DNA of 64,000 bases from an uncultured virus (IMG/VR IMGVR_UViG_2687453479_000001) (lineage: Duplodnaviria > Heunggongvirae > Uroviricota > Caudoviricetes), in IMG/VR virus record IMGVR_UViG_2687453479_000001, one strand, 5' to 3'. Made by a program: the position numbers and the translations under genes. The notes below the pieces were generated by a model. The model had not been told where the DNA came from and searched no databases. It saw only the letters and a program-made list of their open reading frames with translations. Positions within the stretch are counted from its first letter, which is position 1, and each line of letters starts with the position of its first letter. This document shows, in pieces, positions 24,239 to 34,901 of this stretch.

Positions 24239-24609
24239 TGAAGTCCGGCGGTGCCGCGTGTCGCGACTCCCGCTCCTCGAGCCGCACAGGCCCTGGGAAA
24301 GGCTCGCTCTACCCGGCCCAGGAGCTCAAGCGCCGTGCCATGGCTTGGGCGGTGACGCTGCGCGTCAACCCCAAGGTGATCCGGGTGCAGGAGATGCGCA
24401 GGAAGTGGGGCTCATGCTCCTCTGCGGGTACCGTCACCCTCGCATCCGATCTCGTCGAGCAGGAAGAGCGGTTCCAGGATTACGTCATCGTCCATGAACT
24501 GCTGCACCTCCGTTTCTCGACGCACGGCAGGATGTTCAAGGCGCTGATGAGCGCGCATGTGCCGGGGTGGCGTCGCTGGGAAGTGGCGCGACGCTGCAAC
24601 GCCGACTGA
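24235..24609 (+). CDS. Short M48/YgjP-like metalloprotein
   Basis: [16 protein letters not shown]; usual position after hsdR. Confidence 0.8.
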
Positions 24610-24623
24610 AGGGGAACCGGCAC

Positions 24624-25328
24624 GTGGATCCGAAACACCTCTTCGTGGATGAGCGCCTGAAAGGAAGCTGCGTCTACTGTGGTGGCCGACCCGATACCGT
24701 CGACCACGTGCCATCGCGCGTCTTCCTCGACGATCCGCTACCTGAGAACCTTCCGGTCGTCGAAGCCTGCCGGGAGTGCAACGGCGGCTTTTCGTTGGAC
24801 GAGGAATATCTGGCGTGCCTGCTGGAGTGCGTCATGGCCGGCACGACCGAGACTGATGGGCTTGCGAGAGAAAAGGTCAAACGGGCGCTATCGAGGAATC
24901 CTCGGCTCACTGCTCAATTGGATGCGTGTCGCTGGGATGATCTCTTCGGCCGCCCCTGGTGGCGGCCCGATGAAGCGCGGGTACGCAACGTCGTCTTGAA
25001 ATTGGCGAAGGGGCATGCCGCCTATGAATTGAGCGAGTCCTGGCACGACGAGCCCGACGCTTACTCGGTTCGTGCAATTCCTGCGATGCTGGAGGCGGAG
25101 AGGCAGGAGTTCGAATGCATAGGGGGAGAAGCCCAGTGTTTATGGCCAGAGCTGGGAAGCCGCGCTTTCCTGCGTGCCTTGGGAAAATCCGTCCCTCCGG
25201 CCCAGGTCGGAGCGTGGCTGATCGTACAGCCAGGTCGTTATAGATATTCGGTCGACTGGCAGACCGGGATCGATGTCCGCATGGTGATCGGTGAGTATCT
25301 CGCCTGTAGGGTCGTGTGGAACCGATAG
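24624..25328 (+). CDS. HNH endonuclease-like protein
   Basis: CVYCG..TVDHVP..ACRECN. Confidence 0.75.
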   Translation: MDPKHLFVDERLKGSCVYCGGRPDTVDHVPSRVFLDDPLPENLPVVEACRECNGGFSLDEEYLACLLECVMAGTTETDGLAREKVKRALSRNPRLTAQLDACRWDDLFGRPWWRPDEARVRNVVLKLAKGHAAYELSESWHDEPDAYSVRAIPAMLEAERQEFECIGGEAQCLWPELGSRAFLRALGKSVPPAQVGAWLIVQPGRYRYSVDWQTGIDVRMVIGEYLACRVVWNR

Positions 25329-25350
25329 GCAGGCACGCGTGGGAGGGGGC

Positions 25351-26505
25351 GTGGAAGAAACCAAGGTAGACAGGGTCGTCAGAGACTTGGTCGCGGACCA
25401 TGATCGACTGGATGGTTTTCTATCCAAGGCCCATGTGGAGAGGTTGCTCGAGAAACGACAGCTGACCGTCGAGGAAGGCGCAGAGGTTTATCGACAGCTC
25501 AATGCGCTCGGCATCAGTGTCGAGGACGAATCCGAGAACCCGGATGAGACCGAAGGCCCGAACGTCGATGAGGTCGACTCTGTCGACGCCGGCGTCGATG
25601 GTTCGTTTGAACGCCTAGACCTCAGGCTGCGCAGTCTGAGCTCCAGGCTTCTAACCGCCGAGGAAGAAGTGGAACTGGGGCGGCGGATGGAACTCGGACG
25701 CCGTGCTCTGCGTGAACTGGAAGAAGGCGTGCCTAGATCGGAGGAGCACGACAGGATCATCGAACGAGGAAGGCGTGCGAAGGAGACGATGATCATGGCG
25801 AACCTCCGGCTCGTGCTCCACATCGCGAAACCGTACGTCGGCCTTTCCGATCTCAGCCTGGATGATCTCTTCCAAGAGGGCGTGATGGGGCTGATGCGCG
25901 CGGCGGACAAGTACGATCACACGCTCGGGTACAAGTTTTCCACTTATTCGACATGGTGGATCAGACAGTCCATCACGAGATCCCTCGCCGATCGGGGGAC
26001 GACGATACGGCTCCCGGTGCATGCCTATGACGACGTGCTCCGGCTGAAACGCGCACACAAACTCCTGGGGCAAGCACATCCAGAGCGACGCACGAGCATG
26101 GGCGAGCTCGCCGACGAACTCGCCTGGACGATCGACAAAGTCCATTTCATACAACAGATCGCTGCCTTCGTTCCCGCATCATTGGACGAGAGGATCAACG
26201 GGTATGACGATCTCACGCTGATGGAGACACTGGTCTCCGATCTCCCTTCGCCGGAGGAGCACCTGGATCAGGCCGATCTGGCGAGGTGCATCGACGACGC
26301 CCTGAGTGGCCTGAAAGAGCGAGAGAGCAAAGTGTTACGCCTCCGATTCGGTTTGAGTGATTCCGGTCACGGGGCGACGCTGGAAGAAATTGGGCAGATG
26401 TTCGGTCTGACCCGCGAGCGGATTCGGCAGATCGAAGCCAAAGCCCTCGGTCGACTCAGGCATCCAAGTCGAGGAGATGTGCTTCGCGACTTTCTGGACT
26501 CGTGA
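25351..26505 (+). CDS. RpoD-like sigma-70 family factor
   Basis: ANLRLV, DLFQEG, YKFSTYSTWWIRQSI, TLEEIG..LTRERIRQIEAKAL. Confidence 0.9.
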   Translation: MEETKVDRVVRDLVADHDRLDGFLSKAHVERLLEKRQLTVEEGAEVYRQLNALGISVEDESENPDETEGPNVDEVDSVDAGVDGSFERLDLRLRSLSSRLLTAEEEVELGRRMELGRRALRELEEGVPRSEEHDRIIERGRRAKETMIMANLRLVLHIAKPYVGLSDLSLDDLFQEGVMGLMRAADKYDHTLGYKFSTYSTWWIRQSITRSLADRGTTIRLPVHAYDDVLRLKRAHKLLGQAHPERRTSMGELADELAWTIDKVHFIQQIAAFVPASLDERINGYDDLTLMETLVSDLPSPEEHLDQADLARCIDDALSGLKERESKVLRLRFGLSDSGHGATLEEIGQMFGLTRERIRQIEAKALGRLRHPSRGDVLRDFLDS

Positions 26506-26554
26506 GGAGTGCAGGGAGTGTGGCGAGGGCAGAGCTTCATAGAGGAGAACGAGA

Positions 26555-28380
26555 ATGAACGCAGAAACGGCTCGAGAGAAATTCGTCGATTGGTTGGCAA
26601 GGCGCATGACCCTGGCCGGCAGGGGCGACTGCGACGACGTGTTGAAGGTCGAGCCGTCAGGGAAGTATTGGTTGGGAAGATTGCAATCCGCCGAGGCCGT
26701 GGCCGAAAGCGACTGGGGTGATCGGGGGGAACGGCTAGAACCCTGCGCATTCGGGATCAAGGTTAAACCCAGAGGGGCGGGACCCTGGCGCTTCCGTGTC
26801 GTCACGAGTTTTCGGGTTTGGCTGTGGGACAAGTCGGCGAAGATATGGAAGAAGACCGGGCCCGTCCGCGTTGGATTCGCGATCGAAGTGCCAGCACGGA
26901 TAGGGATACATCGATATGGAGAGGAGGAGATCGCGAGTGCCCTGGCCAGCGTGACTGGGCGCGACGGACTCGCCGCGCGGATCGATGTCGAAGTCGACAC
27001 CGGACAGTCCGGTGATCATGAGCTGAGCGTGTCTCTGGTCAATTGCTCCCCCAAGGAACATCCGGACTTCAAAGACACACGGCTCTACCAGTCCGAGTTG
27101 CGAGTCGAGAATCTCGACACGCTCCCTTTCATGCTCGAAGCACTGGAGGATTCGTTCAGATACGACAGGTGTATCGAGGCGTACGGCATCAACTGCGGCG
27201 TACGTACAGAGTCTGGAGCCATCGTCACGGAAGATGCGGTCACGGTCGACCGCCATAGACCTCGGTACTGGAGCGTGGACGATCCGATGCCAACCATGCG
27301 ATTCATGGATTTGGCGGCCGATCCGATCGGGCCGGCGGAAGCTCTACTTTCGGCGCTGAGGAGTTGGGGAGGCGCCAACTGGGCGGCCGATGTACTGGAA
27401 CATCGGGCGGACGCAGAGAGATGGTCGACCGAGATGCAGCAACAAGCGACCAGGGCCGCCGAGGAATTTGAGCGAGAGTGTGAGCGACTCGCGAAAGGCA
27501 TTGAGCTATTGAAGTCCGACGAAGCCTTGTTTCGCGCGTTCACCGGAATGAATCGCGCGATGTCATTCAGTGCCCGGGGCAAGTATGACTCCTGGCGTCC
27601 GTTCCAGTTGGGGTTCTTGCTCGCGAACCTTTCGTCGGTCGTGGACAAGGAGCATGAGCCGGATGTCGTCGACGTCGTCTGGTTCGCGACGGGCGGAGGC
27701 AACACGGACTGTGTAGCGAATGGTGACGCTCTGCCGATATACGTGGTCGACGAGGAGATCTACAGATTTCTGCCTACGGTGGTCGTCGGCACCCTCGACA
27801 AGGCGGCATCGATCTCCCTTCAGGCGTCCATGCGCGGCATGGTCGGCGCGCCTCTGGGGGTGTGCTCCAAAGAAGGGCATGGATACATCTATGCCCCGAG
27901 GAGTTCACGTCCTTCGGGATGTCTCGTTCCCGGTTGTCGGGGGACTCGCCAGGCGCTGCCCATGGAGGAGGATAAGTATGGACCGTCCTTCCGACTCCAA
28001 GACGAACTGCACCTCCTGCGGGACAGTCTCGGGGCTGTCGACTCACACTACGAGGCTTTGTACGACGCGCTGCAGGACGAACTTTGCGGCAGGAAGCCAA
28101 AGGTACTTGCGTCCTCCGCGACACTTACGGGTTACGAAAAGCAGGTAGACGTTCTGTATCGGCGAGCGGCGCGTGTTTTCCCCGTTCCTCCACCGCGTGT
28201 CGGCGGAGGTTTCTGGACCGCGGATTCGGAAAGCTTGATGCGCCGGTTCGTGGCGATAGCGCCGCGGGGGGTGACCATCGAGTACACGGTCGATCGATTG
28301 CTGACCGAGTTGCAGATCGCTGTGCGGGATCTGGCGCGAGATCCCGTATCCACGTGTGCCGATATGCAAGTCCTGCAAGA
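26555..28380 (+). pseudogene. DrmA-like SF2 helicase, internally deleted and 3'-truncated
   Basis: WRPFQL, WFATGGG with broken Walker A, VVDEEIYR, QDELHL, SSAT; no HelicaseC domain. Confidence 0.75.
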
Positions 28381-29258
28381 GGGTAAGCCAGATCGTGCGC
28401 CAGGGTGTTGAGGGAGTTCTGGGTCCCGGACCCGATGTAGCCCGCGCGGTTGTTGGTCGCATTGGCGTAGCTTGAGCACCCGTAGGCGTCCAACTGTTCA
28501 GTCGTGTACGAGCCGGTCGAGATCAGCCGCCAACCGACCGTCCAACCATCGATGTCGGCCCGGACGTAGGTACCGGGATAGCCGTTCGACGCTAGCGCCG
28601 ATCGCGACGGCCCTTGGCCGTTCGATCCGAACGGAATCATGTGATTCGTGGCGTTGAAGGCGTATGGCGCGGTCGTAGGTGACTCGATGGGGCAGCCGGC
28701 GGTCAGGTACTGGCCACCGGCGAAAGCGCCGTACTTATTGATAAAACCAAAGGAGAGATGGCGGAAGCGCCCCGGGGTCTCCTCGATCACCACGTGCACG
28801 AAGTCACCGTTGGAGAACAAGTGGTAGGCATAGAGCGAGGTGGGCAAGGGACCTACCATCACGAACTTGCGGTTGTTGGTCTGCAGGTTGGCGGCCGCGC
28901 CGGCAGCGAAGCTGTCGCACACCCAGGCCTCCAGGCAGGCGTAGGTGCCGTTGACGCCGTTCTTGTAGAGCTTCTTGTTGACTGCGAACAACTGGTAGGA
29001 CACGCCGTTCTTGGTCAGCACGACCCGGTTTGCGACGAGGCTCGTTTCCGATTGGTTCTTGTACGCATCGGAGCTGCTGACCGAGGAAATCATCGACGTC
29101 GTGCTAATGTGCGTGGCGCCACCGTTTGATCCATAAGTGCGAAACGTCAGCGTGAAGGTGTCGGTGGCGTTGGCCGTCCAGCCGTTGGCCACCGCGAAAT
29201 TCTTGATGGCGGTCAGTAGCGTGTTGATGTCTGCCGACGCGCCAGTCACGTAAGCCAT
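28380..29258 (-). pseudogene. Phage tail-region/virion protein, 3'-truncated
   Basis: GAGG RBS + MAYVTGASADINTLL...ANGWT; runs into the helicase antisense strand. Confidence 0.65.
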
Positions 29259-29289
29259 AATTGCCTCAAGCCAGTTTTCAGTTGAGTTG

Positions 29290-32200
29290 GATGGCGGCGA
29301 GGCTTCCGGCACGAGGCCGCCAGCGGCAAAGGCCAAGCGCCCGCCGGAAATACGCGGTCCGGCCGACAGGCCGTTGATGGCCTGCAGAAAGCCGACGCCC
29401 AGGCGCTTCACGGCGGCGGCATTGACGACGAACTCGCCGGCAGACAGTCGCGCCGGGATCGAATCCGAGGTCGAGGTGCCGGGGCCGGTGACGTAGCCAC
29501 CCGTGGCGAAGCCGCTGAAGAACGAGGCAATCAAGCCGCCCAGTCCACTCGCGCCGCCCGTGCTACCGCCGCCCATCAAGCTGCCGAACAAGGCCTCGGC
29601 CAGTTTCTGCGAGGCGATGCGATTGATCGTCTGTAGCACGGTTCGACCGAAATCCGCGAATGCGTCCTTCGCCGACTTGGCGCTGCTGCCGATATCCTGG
29701 AACAGTTGGGCGAATCCATCTTGGACCGCACCGTCGATGGCAATGGCCACGTCGTCGACGACTAACTTCACCTGCGCGATCTCGTTCTTCCAGGCCTGGA
29801 GTCGGGCGACGGCGTCCGGGCCGATGGCTGTGGCAGCGGCCTCCAGCTGCGGCAGCAGCGCGTCGAGCGATTGGCCGGTTTGGCGATGCAGCGCGAGGAT
29901 CTGCTGGCGGGCCTGCGATTCCGTGAGAAGCCCCGATTTGCGCTGCAGGTTGATCGACTCCTCCGCGGTACGCATCCGAGCGAGCGCATCGTTGAACTGG
30001 CGCTCGTAGTCGGCCAGATCGGCTGCTGCCGCTTTGACGTCGATGAGGCGCCCGATGGTGTGCAGGCCCTCGGTGTCGCCCTCGGCGTGCAGCCGCTCGA
30101 TCAGGCTCCGGTACTGCTGCTCGATGGCCGCGCGGCGATCCTGGCTAGTCGCGGCACCGGTGAAATCGAGCAGTTCATCGCGGACCTTGGCGAGTTCCTC
30201 GCGCAGCCCGCGCTCGGCCTGGCCAGCTTTGCGGGCATTGGCGACCTCGACGTCGGCGCGCTTCTTGTTGAGGACGATCAGGTCGGCCTCGATCTTCGCG
30301 ACTTCTCCTTTCGCCTTGAGGCGTGCGGGCTCGTCCTTGCCCGTCTTTTCCAGGCGCTGCTGCTCCGCGAGCGAGACCTGCACGCGCCGGATCTCCGCAT
30401 CGATCTCCTGCTGCTCGATCCGGGTCTTCGCCGCGTAGTAGTCCTTGATCGAGATCAGCCGGTCTTCGAGGGAGGCGTCCAGCGCCTGCGCCTGGCGATC
30501 CAGCACGTCCTTGAGGAGCTTGAATTCGGCCTCGGCTTGCGCCTGCACGAGGGCGAGCTTCGCTGCTTCGGCTCCCTTGTCGGGTGTCGGCTTGGCCGGC
30601 GGCTGCGAACGGCCGAAGACGCCCGGCTGGGTTGGGTCGGGCCGGATGCGCCGGGAGATGGCTTGGGCGGCTTCCCCGACGTAGTCGCGCGTGACGGCGT
30701 CGCGCACGGCTCCAGCCAGCTCTTTCCCGAAATCCCGTACCTCGCCGAGCTGGCGGCCGAGTACCGCGCGCAGCGACTGCATTGAGAAGTCGCCGCTGAA
30801 GGCCGCTGCCACGTCCTGGCCCAAGGCCTTCGCCAGATCCCCGATGTCGGAGAAAGCGCTACGAAAGCGCTCGATCAGGAAGGCGGCCGTGATGCCGACG
30901 ACGCTGCCGATGGCGTTGAACGCGCCGATGACGACGTTCACCATCGCGCGGACCGCCGTGCCGATGGCGTTCAGCGCGTCGACCATCGCCGCGCGCACGC
31001 GGGCCCAGGACAGGTCGTTGATACCGACCAGCCGCCCCAAGGCGCTGACGACTTCGCCGACCTTCTCGAGGACCAGGTCCCAGGCGGCAGCGACGACCTG
31101 TTTTATCGAGGCGGATTTGCCGCCGAACTCGACCACGGCGTCACGCGCCGAATAGAGCGCGCCCGCGAGTACCCCCGCAGCAGTCACGATGACGCCGATG
31201 GGTCCACCCAGGAGCGCGAGCACCCCGCGTAACAGACCCGCCGCGCGACCGAGCAGGGACGTGGACGCGACGGCCTGAGCCACGGCACCGGAAGCAGCGG
31301 TGGCTTGCAGCCGGGCCTTGGCCGCATCCGCGACCAGCGCGCTGGTGGCAAGCCCTTGTGCACGTGCCTGAGCCAAGGCGGCATCGGCGAGCCGCACCCG
31401 AGCGAGCGCCTCGGCTTCCAGCGTGCGCAGATTGGCTAGGCGCGCGGCCGCTTCCGCCCGGGCGGCAGCAACACTGGTCGCGAAGGCGCCTGCCATCCGC
31501 CCGAAAGCGGCGACCAGCACGACACCGGCCAAGTCGATCAGCAGCTCGAGATGCAGGGCGATGAACTGGATGGCCTGCGCCAGTCCCGCCGTCAGACCCG
31601 AGCTCGCGTCGCGTTCGCCGAAGGCTCGCAGGAAGGTGTTCTTGAGGCGGGTGAGCGCACCCGACACCGTATCGGGGAGGCTCGCGTACTCCTCGGCGAG
31701 GCGCGTCCGCTCCTTGAGCAAGGCGTCGAGCACGGCCTTCGAGGTGATCTTGCCTTCCTGCGCCAGGGCCCTCAGTGAGCCGAGCGGTACGCCCATGCCG
31801 TCGGCGATGGCCTGCGCCAGGCGCGGCGTCTGCTCGATGACGGAATTGAACTCCTCGCCACGCAGTTGCCCCGAGGCGAAGGCCTGCCCCAACTGCAGCA
31901 GGGCACCGGCCGCCGCGTCGCTGGATGCGCCGGAGAGCGACACGGCCTGCCCGATGGCATCGGTAGCCGCCAGCACGTCCGCCTGCGAACGCCCCAAGGC
32001 CTGCACCGAGGGTGCGAGCCGCGCATAGAGCGTGACGGTTTCTGCCAGGGGCGCGCGGTTTTTCTGGGCGATCTCGAAGAGGGCCGCGTCGGCGCGATTG
32101 AATTCCTCTTGCGAGGTGACCGCGAGCTTGAGGCGCGCCTGCAGGTTCTTGTACTGGTCGGCGACCTCGACCAGTTCGCGCACCCCCAGCCCAAGGCCGA

Positions 32201-32342
32201 TCGCGCCGCCGATGCGGGAGAGCACCTGGCCGACCTGGGCGGCTTCGCCGCGCAGGCGGGCGAGATTTCCCTGTACAGACTGGAAGGCCCGTCGCGTCTC
32301 ATCGACGGCGGTGATGAGGACCTGGGCACGGTTACCGGCCAC
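29290..32342 (-). pseudogene. Tape measure protein, C-terminus lost and fused in frame to downstream DNA
   Basis: LQLGQAFASGQLRGEEFNSVIEQTPRL, FATGGYVTGPGTSTSDSIPARLSAGEFV. Confidence 0.85.
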
Positions 32343-32344
32343 GT

Positions 32345-32992
32345 TCAAACCTTCGACATTGCTTTGCGGATGGCCGCCGTCAGGCGGGGAAGACCGACCC
32401 GCACCGAGCGGGCGAGGTCGAACCGTTTTCTCAGGCTCACGCGTCGCACGAGCACGGCGATGGGGATCTCCTGGCCGCGCCGCACGCGCCTGGTGCCGGT
32501 GCGCTCCCGCTCGGCACGGCGAAAGCGCGCGAGCGGCCGGGCGTTGTCGGCGATGTTCTCGGCCATCAGGATCTGCCGGCCGTTCTTTTCGATGAAGAAG
32601 GCATTGCCGGAGCGCATTAAGGCATCGATCACCCGAGCGAACGCCCTGCGCCCGATACGCCGGTGCTGCGGCAGCAGCGGGATGAGCATCCGCCCCCGGA
32701 TCGTTCCTCCCCGTTCGTGGATACCCAGCCAGGGCACTTTCGAGCCGATGTAGAGGGCCGGGAATTCCTCGGCCTTGCGGTCGAACACCTTGGCGTGCAT
32801 CGAACGGAGAAACTTCGGCTTCACGACCCTGAAACCGGCGCGCATTTCGCTCCGCGCCCGCTCGGCCATCTCCTTGCCTGTGTCGCGCATCGCGCGGGCC
32901 ACGGCGGCGTGGATCGCTTTGCGGGTGTCACCTTGCCAAGTGCTGAAGCGCCGCCGATCCAGTAATCCCTCAGCGACCAGATCGATCTTCAT
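32345..32992 (-). CDS. Phage tail-region protein (DUF6441-like)
   Basis: Basic ORF with HERGGTIRG upstream of tape measure. Confidence 0.65.
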   Translation of the reverse strand: MKIDLVAEGLLDRRRFSTWQGDTRKAIHAAVARAMRDTGKEMAERARSEMRAGFRVVKPKFLRSMHAKVFDRKAEEFPALYIGSKVPWLGIHERGGTIRGRMLIPLLPQHRRIGRRAFARVIDALMRSGNAFFIEKNGRQILMAENIADNARPLARFRRAERERTGTRRVRRGQEIPIAVLVRRVSLRKRFDLARSVRVGLPRLTAAIRKAMSKV

Positions 32993-33400
32993 CACGCATG
33001 CCCCGTTGGAGTTCGGCCTGGAGCGCACGGATGCCGTCGCGACTGCCCTGGGCAGCAGCAGTCATGACGGCAAGCTGGGTGGCGAGCCGTTCGTGTTCGA
33101 GGCGGCAATCGGCGGCGAGAAAGGCGTTCATCTGCCCCAACGTGTAGCCGAGGATATCCGGGTAGCGGTGACCGCCTCGGATCAGGCGGGCGACGGCATC
33201 AGCCCAGCCAGACGCCCGTTCAGCCGCTGGGCCAGATCGCCCACCTTCGGTGCGACCCGGTGCACGAAAAAATCCGCGTTCACCTCGAACACGGTCGCCG
33301 CCAGGGTGATCGCGTCGTCGAGAGCCAGCGCGTTCACCCAATCGCGTGGCTGTCGGCTGGCAAGCGCCAATGCGGTTAGCAAGGCATCGCCGTGGTCCGA
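32970..33400 (-). pseudogene. Tail assembly chaperone G/GT pair, 5'-truncated
   Basis: DHGDALLTAL...VFEVNADFF then -1 frame LIRGGHRYPDILGYTLGQ. Confidence 0.6.
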
Positions 33401-34685
33401 GGCCGGCGCGGATGGCGGTGAGCATCGCGTCGAACTCCTTCTTCGGATCGACCCACTGCCAGCCCTGCGGAATCCACTTCGCGGCGAGGAACTCGCGCTG
33501 GCGGCGCGCGAAGCCGGGCAGGGACAGCGCGCCTTCCAGCACCGCTTGTTCCATCCATGCGCGCCAGACGGGCCGGCACAGCTGGTGCACTATCACGCCG
33601 TGCTGAATCGCCTCGCAGCGGCGGCGGAACTCCAGCAGGCCCGCGCGGATGGAGGAGTAGTTCACCTGCGTGAGATCGCCGGTAAGCATCTCGTAGGTGA
33701 TGCCCATCGCGGCCGCCACGGCGCGGAACTGCTGGCGCATGAACTCGGCGTAGCTCGATCCCACGTCCGCCGGTTGCGAGAACTTGATGTCCTCGCCGGG
33801 CTCCAGGATCTGCAGGGTGCCGGGCTCGAGGCCCGCGAGTGCCGTGCCCTGGACATCCGGCAAGCCTTCGCCCATCAGGTTGTCCTCGGGCGAGAGCCGG
33901 GTGATGAAGCCGGCGAACATCGCGGCGGTCTTCTTGCGTACCAGTTCCGCATCGTCGTACTGGTCCAGCTCGTTGAGCTTCACCAGGGCGCGGGCCAGCC
34001 AGGGCTCGCCCCGGATTTGCCCCGGGCGCAGCGGCCGGAACAGGTGAATGACCTCGTCCGCCGGCACCCGCACGGTGTCCATGCCGCCCGTGCCCGACAT
34101 CGGCGCGAGGCTGCCGTCGCCGGGATGCGAGCGGTAGAGGTGGTAGGCCACCCGCCGCCCGAGCCGGTCGAACTCGATGCCGGCGCGCACCACGTGGCCG
34201 TTGGCCAGTTCGCGGTTCAGCGTTGCCGGCAGGTGCTCCGGCTCCAGCAGCTGCAGTTGTAGGCCGTCCTCGGGGCGGCGCCAGCGCAGGCGCACCAGGC
34301 ATTCGCCGCCTTCGAGCATGGCCCGGCAGGCCAGTGCCTGCAGGCCATAGAAATCGGTGAGGCCCGCCGCGTCGGCTTCCTCGCACCAGTCCCACCACAG
34401 GGCATGAATGACCTCGCGCAGAACGTTGTCCGCCACCATCGACTGGGGCTTGATGCCTGTGCCGATGGCGTTGGCGACGAAGGCCTCGACACCGGCGGCC
34501 GCCCAGGCATTGCGGCGCACCAGGTCGCGGCTCTTGGCGCGCAGCTCGTTCTGGGTGAAGGCGAGCGCCGCTACCGCGCCGGGGTTGCCGACTTGCCAGG
34601 CAAGCGCACGGCGACCGCCGCCGACGCCATCGTAGGTCGGCGTGGTCCCGAACAGGCGGTGCTTGAGGCGCGAGAACCAGGCCAT
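33400..34685 (-). pseudogene. Lambda-family portal protein, C-terminally truncated
   Basis: LRAKSRDLVRRNAWA, RPGQIRGEP, VNYSSIRAG, WVDPKKE; ends at AIRAGL junction. Confidence 0.88.
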
Positions 34686-34891
34686 CAGAAACCCTTAGTT
34701 GTCGTGACGCGGATCTGGCGCTTGGACGCCGAGCCGGCGCCGCGTGCCAGTTCGGATTCCACGGCGCGGATGGCGGCACGCAGTTCGTCGATCGAGCGGT
34801 ACTCGACCGTCTTGTCGCCGAAAGTGACGCGGCGTTCGCCGGTGGCCAGCGCACGCTTGAGCGCGTCCAGCTGTTCGAGGGTGTAGGTCAC
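34685..34891 (-). CDS. gpW-like head-tail joining protein
   Basis: 68 aa between terminase and portal, VEYRSIDEL. Confidence 0.8.
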   Translation of the reverse strand: MTYTLEQLDALKRALATGERRVTFGDKTVEYRSIDELRAAIRAVESELARGAGSASKRQIRVTTTKGF

Positions 34892-34901
34892 GAGATCCTC
34901 A

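Noticed and set aside
25351..26505. Housekeeping rpoD, or the sigma that reads the 30-bp motif
   Set aside because: Too short and lacks dnaG context for rpoD. Nothing in the sequence links it to the motif, so that link stays speculation.
28125..32348. 1407-aa single giant tail protein
   Set aside because: In-frame fusion of a truncated tape measure, a separate tail gene with its own RBS at 29258, and helicase antisense sequence.
32970..34685. Novel portal with C-terminal extension
   Set aside because: The extension is tail-chaperone DNA joined by a deletion at ~33400.
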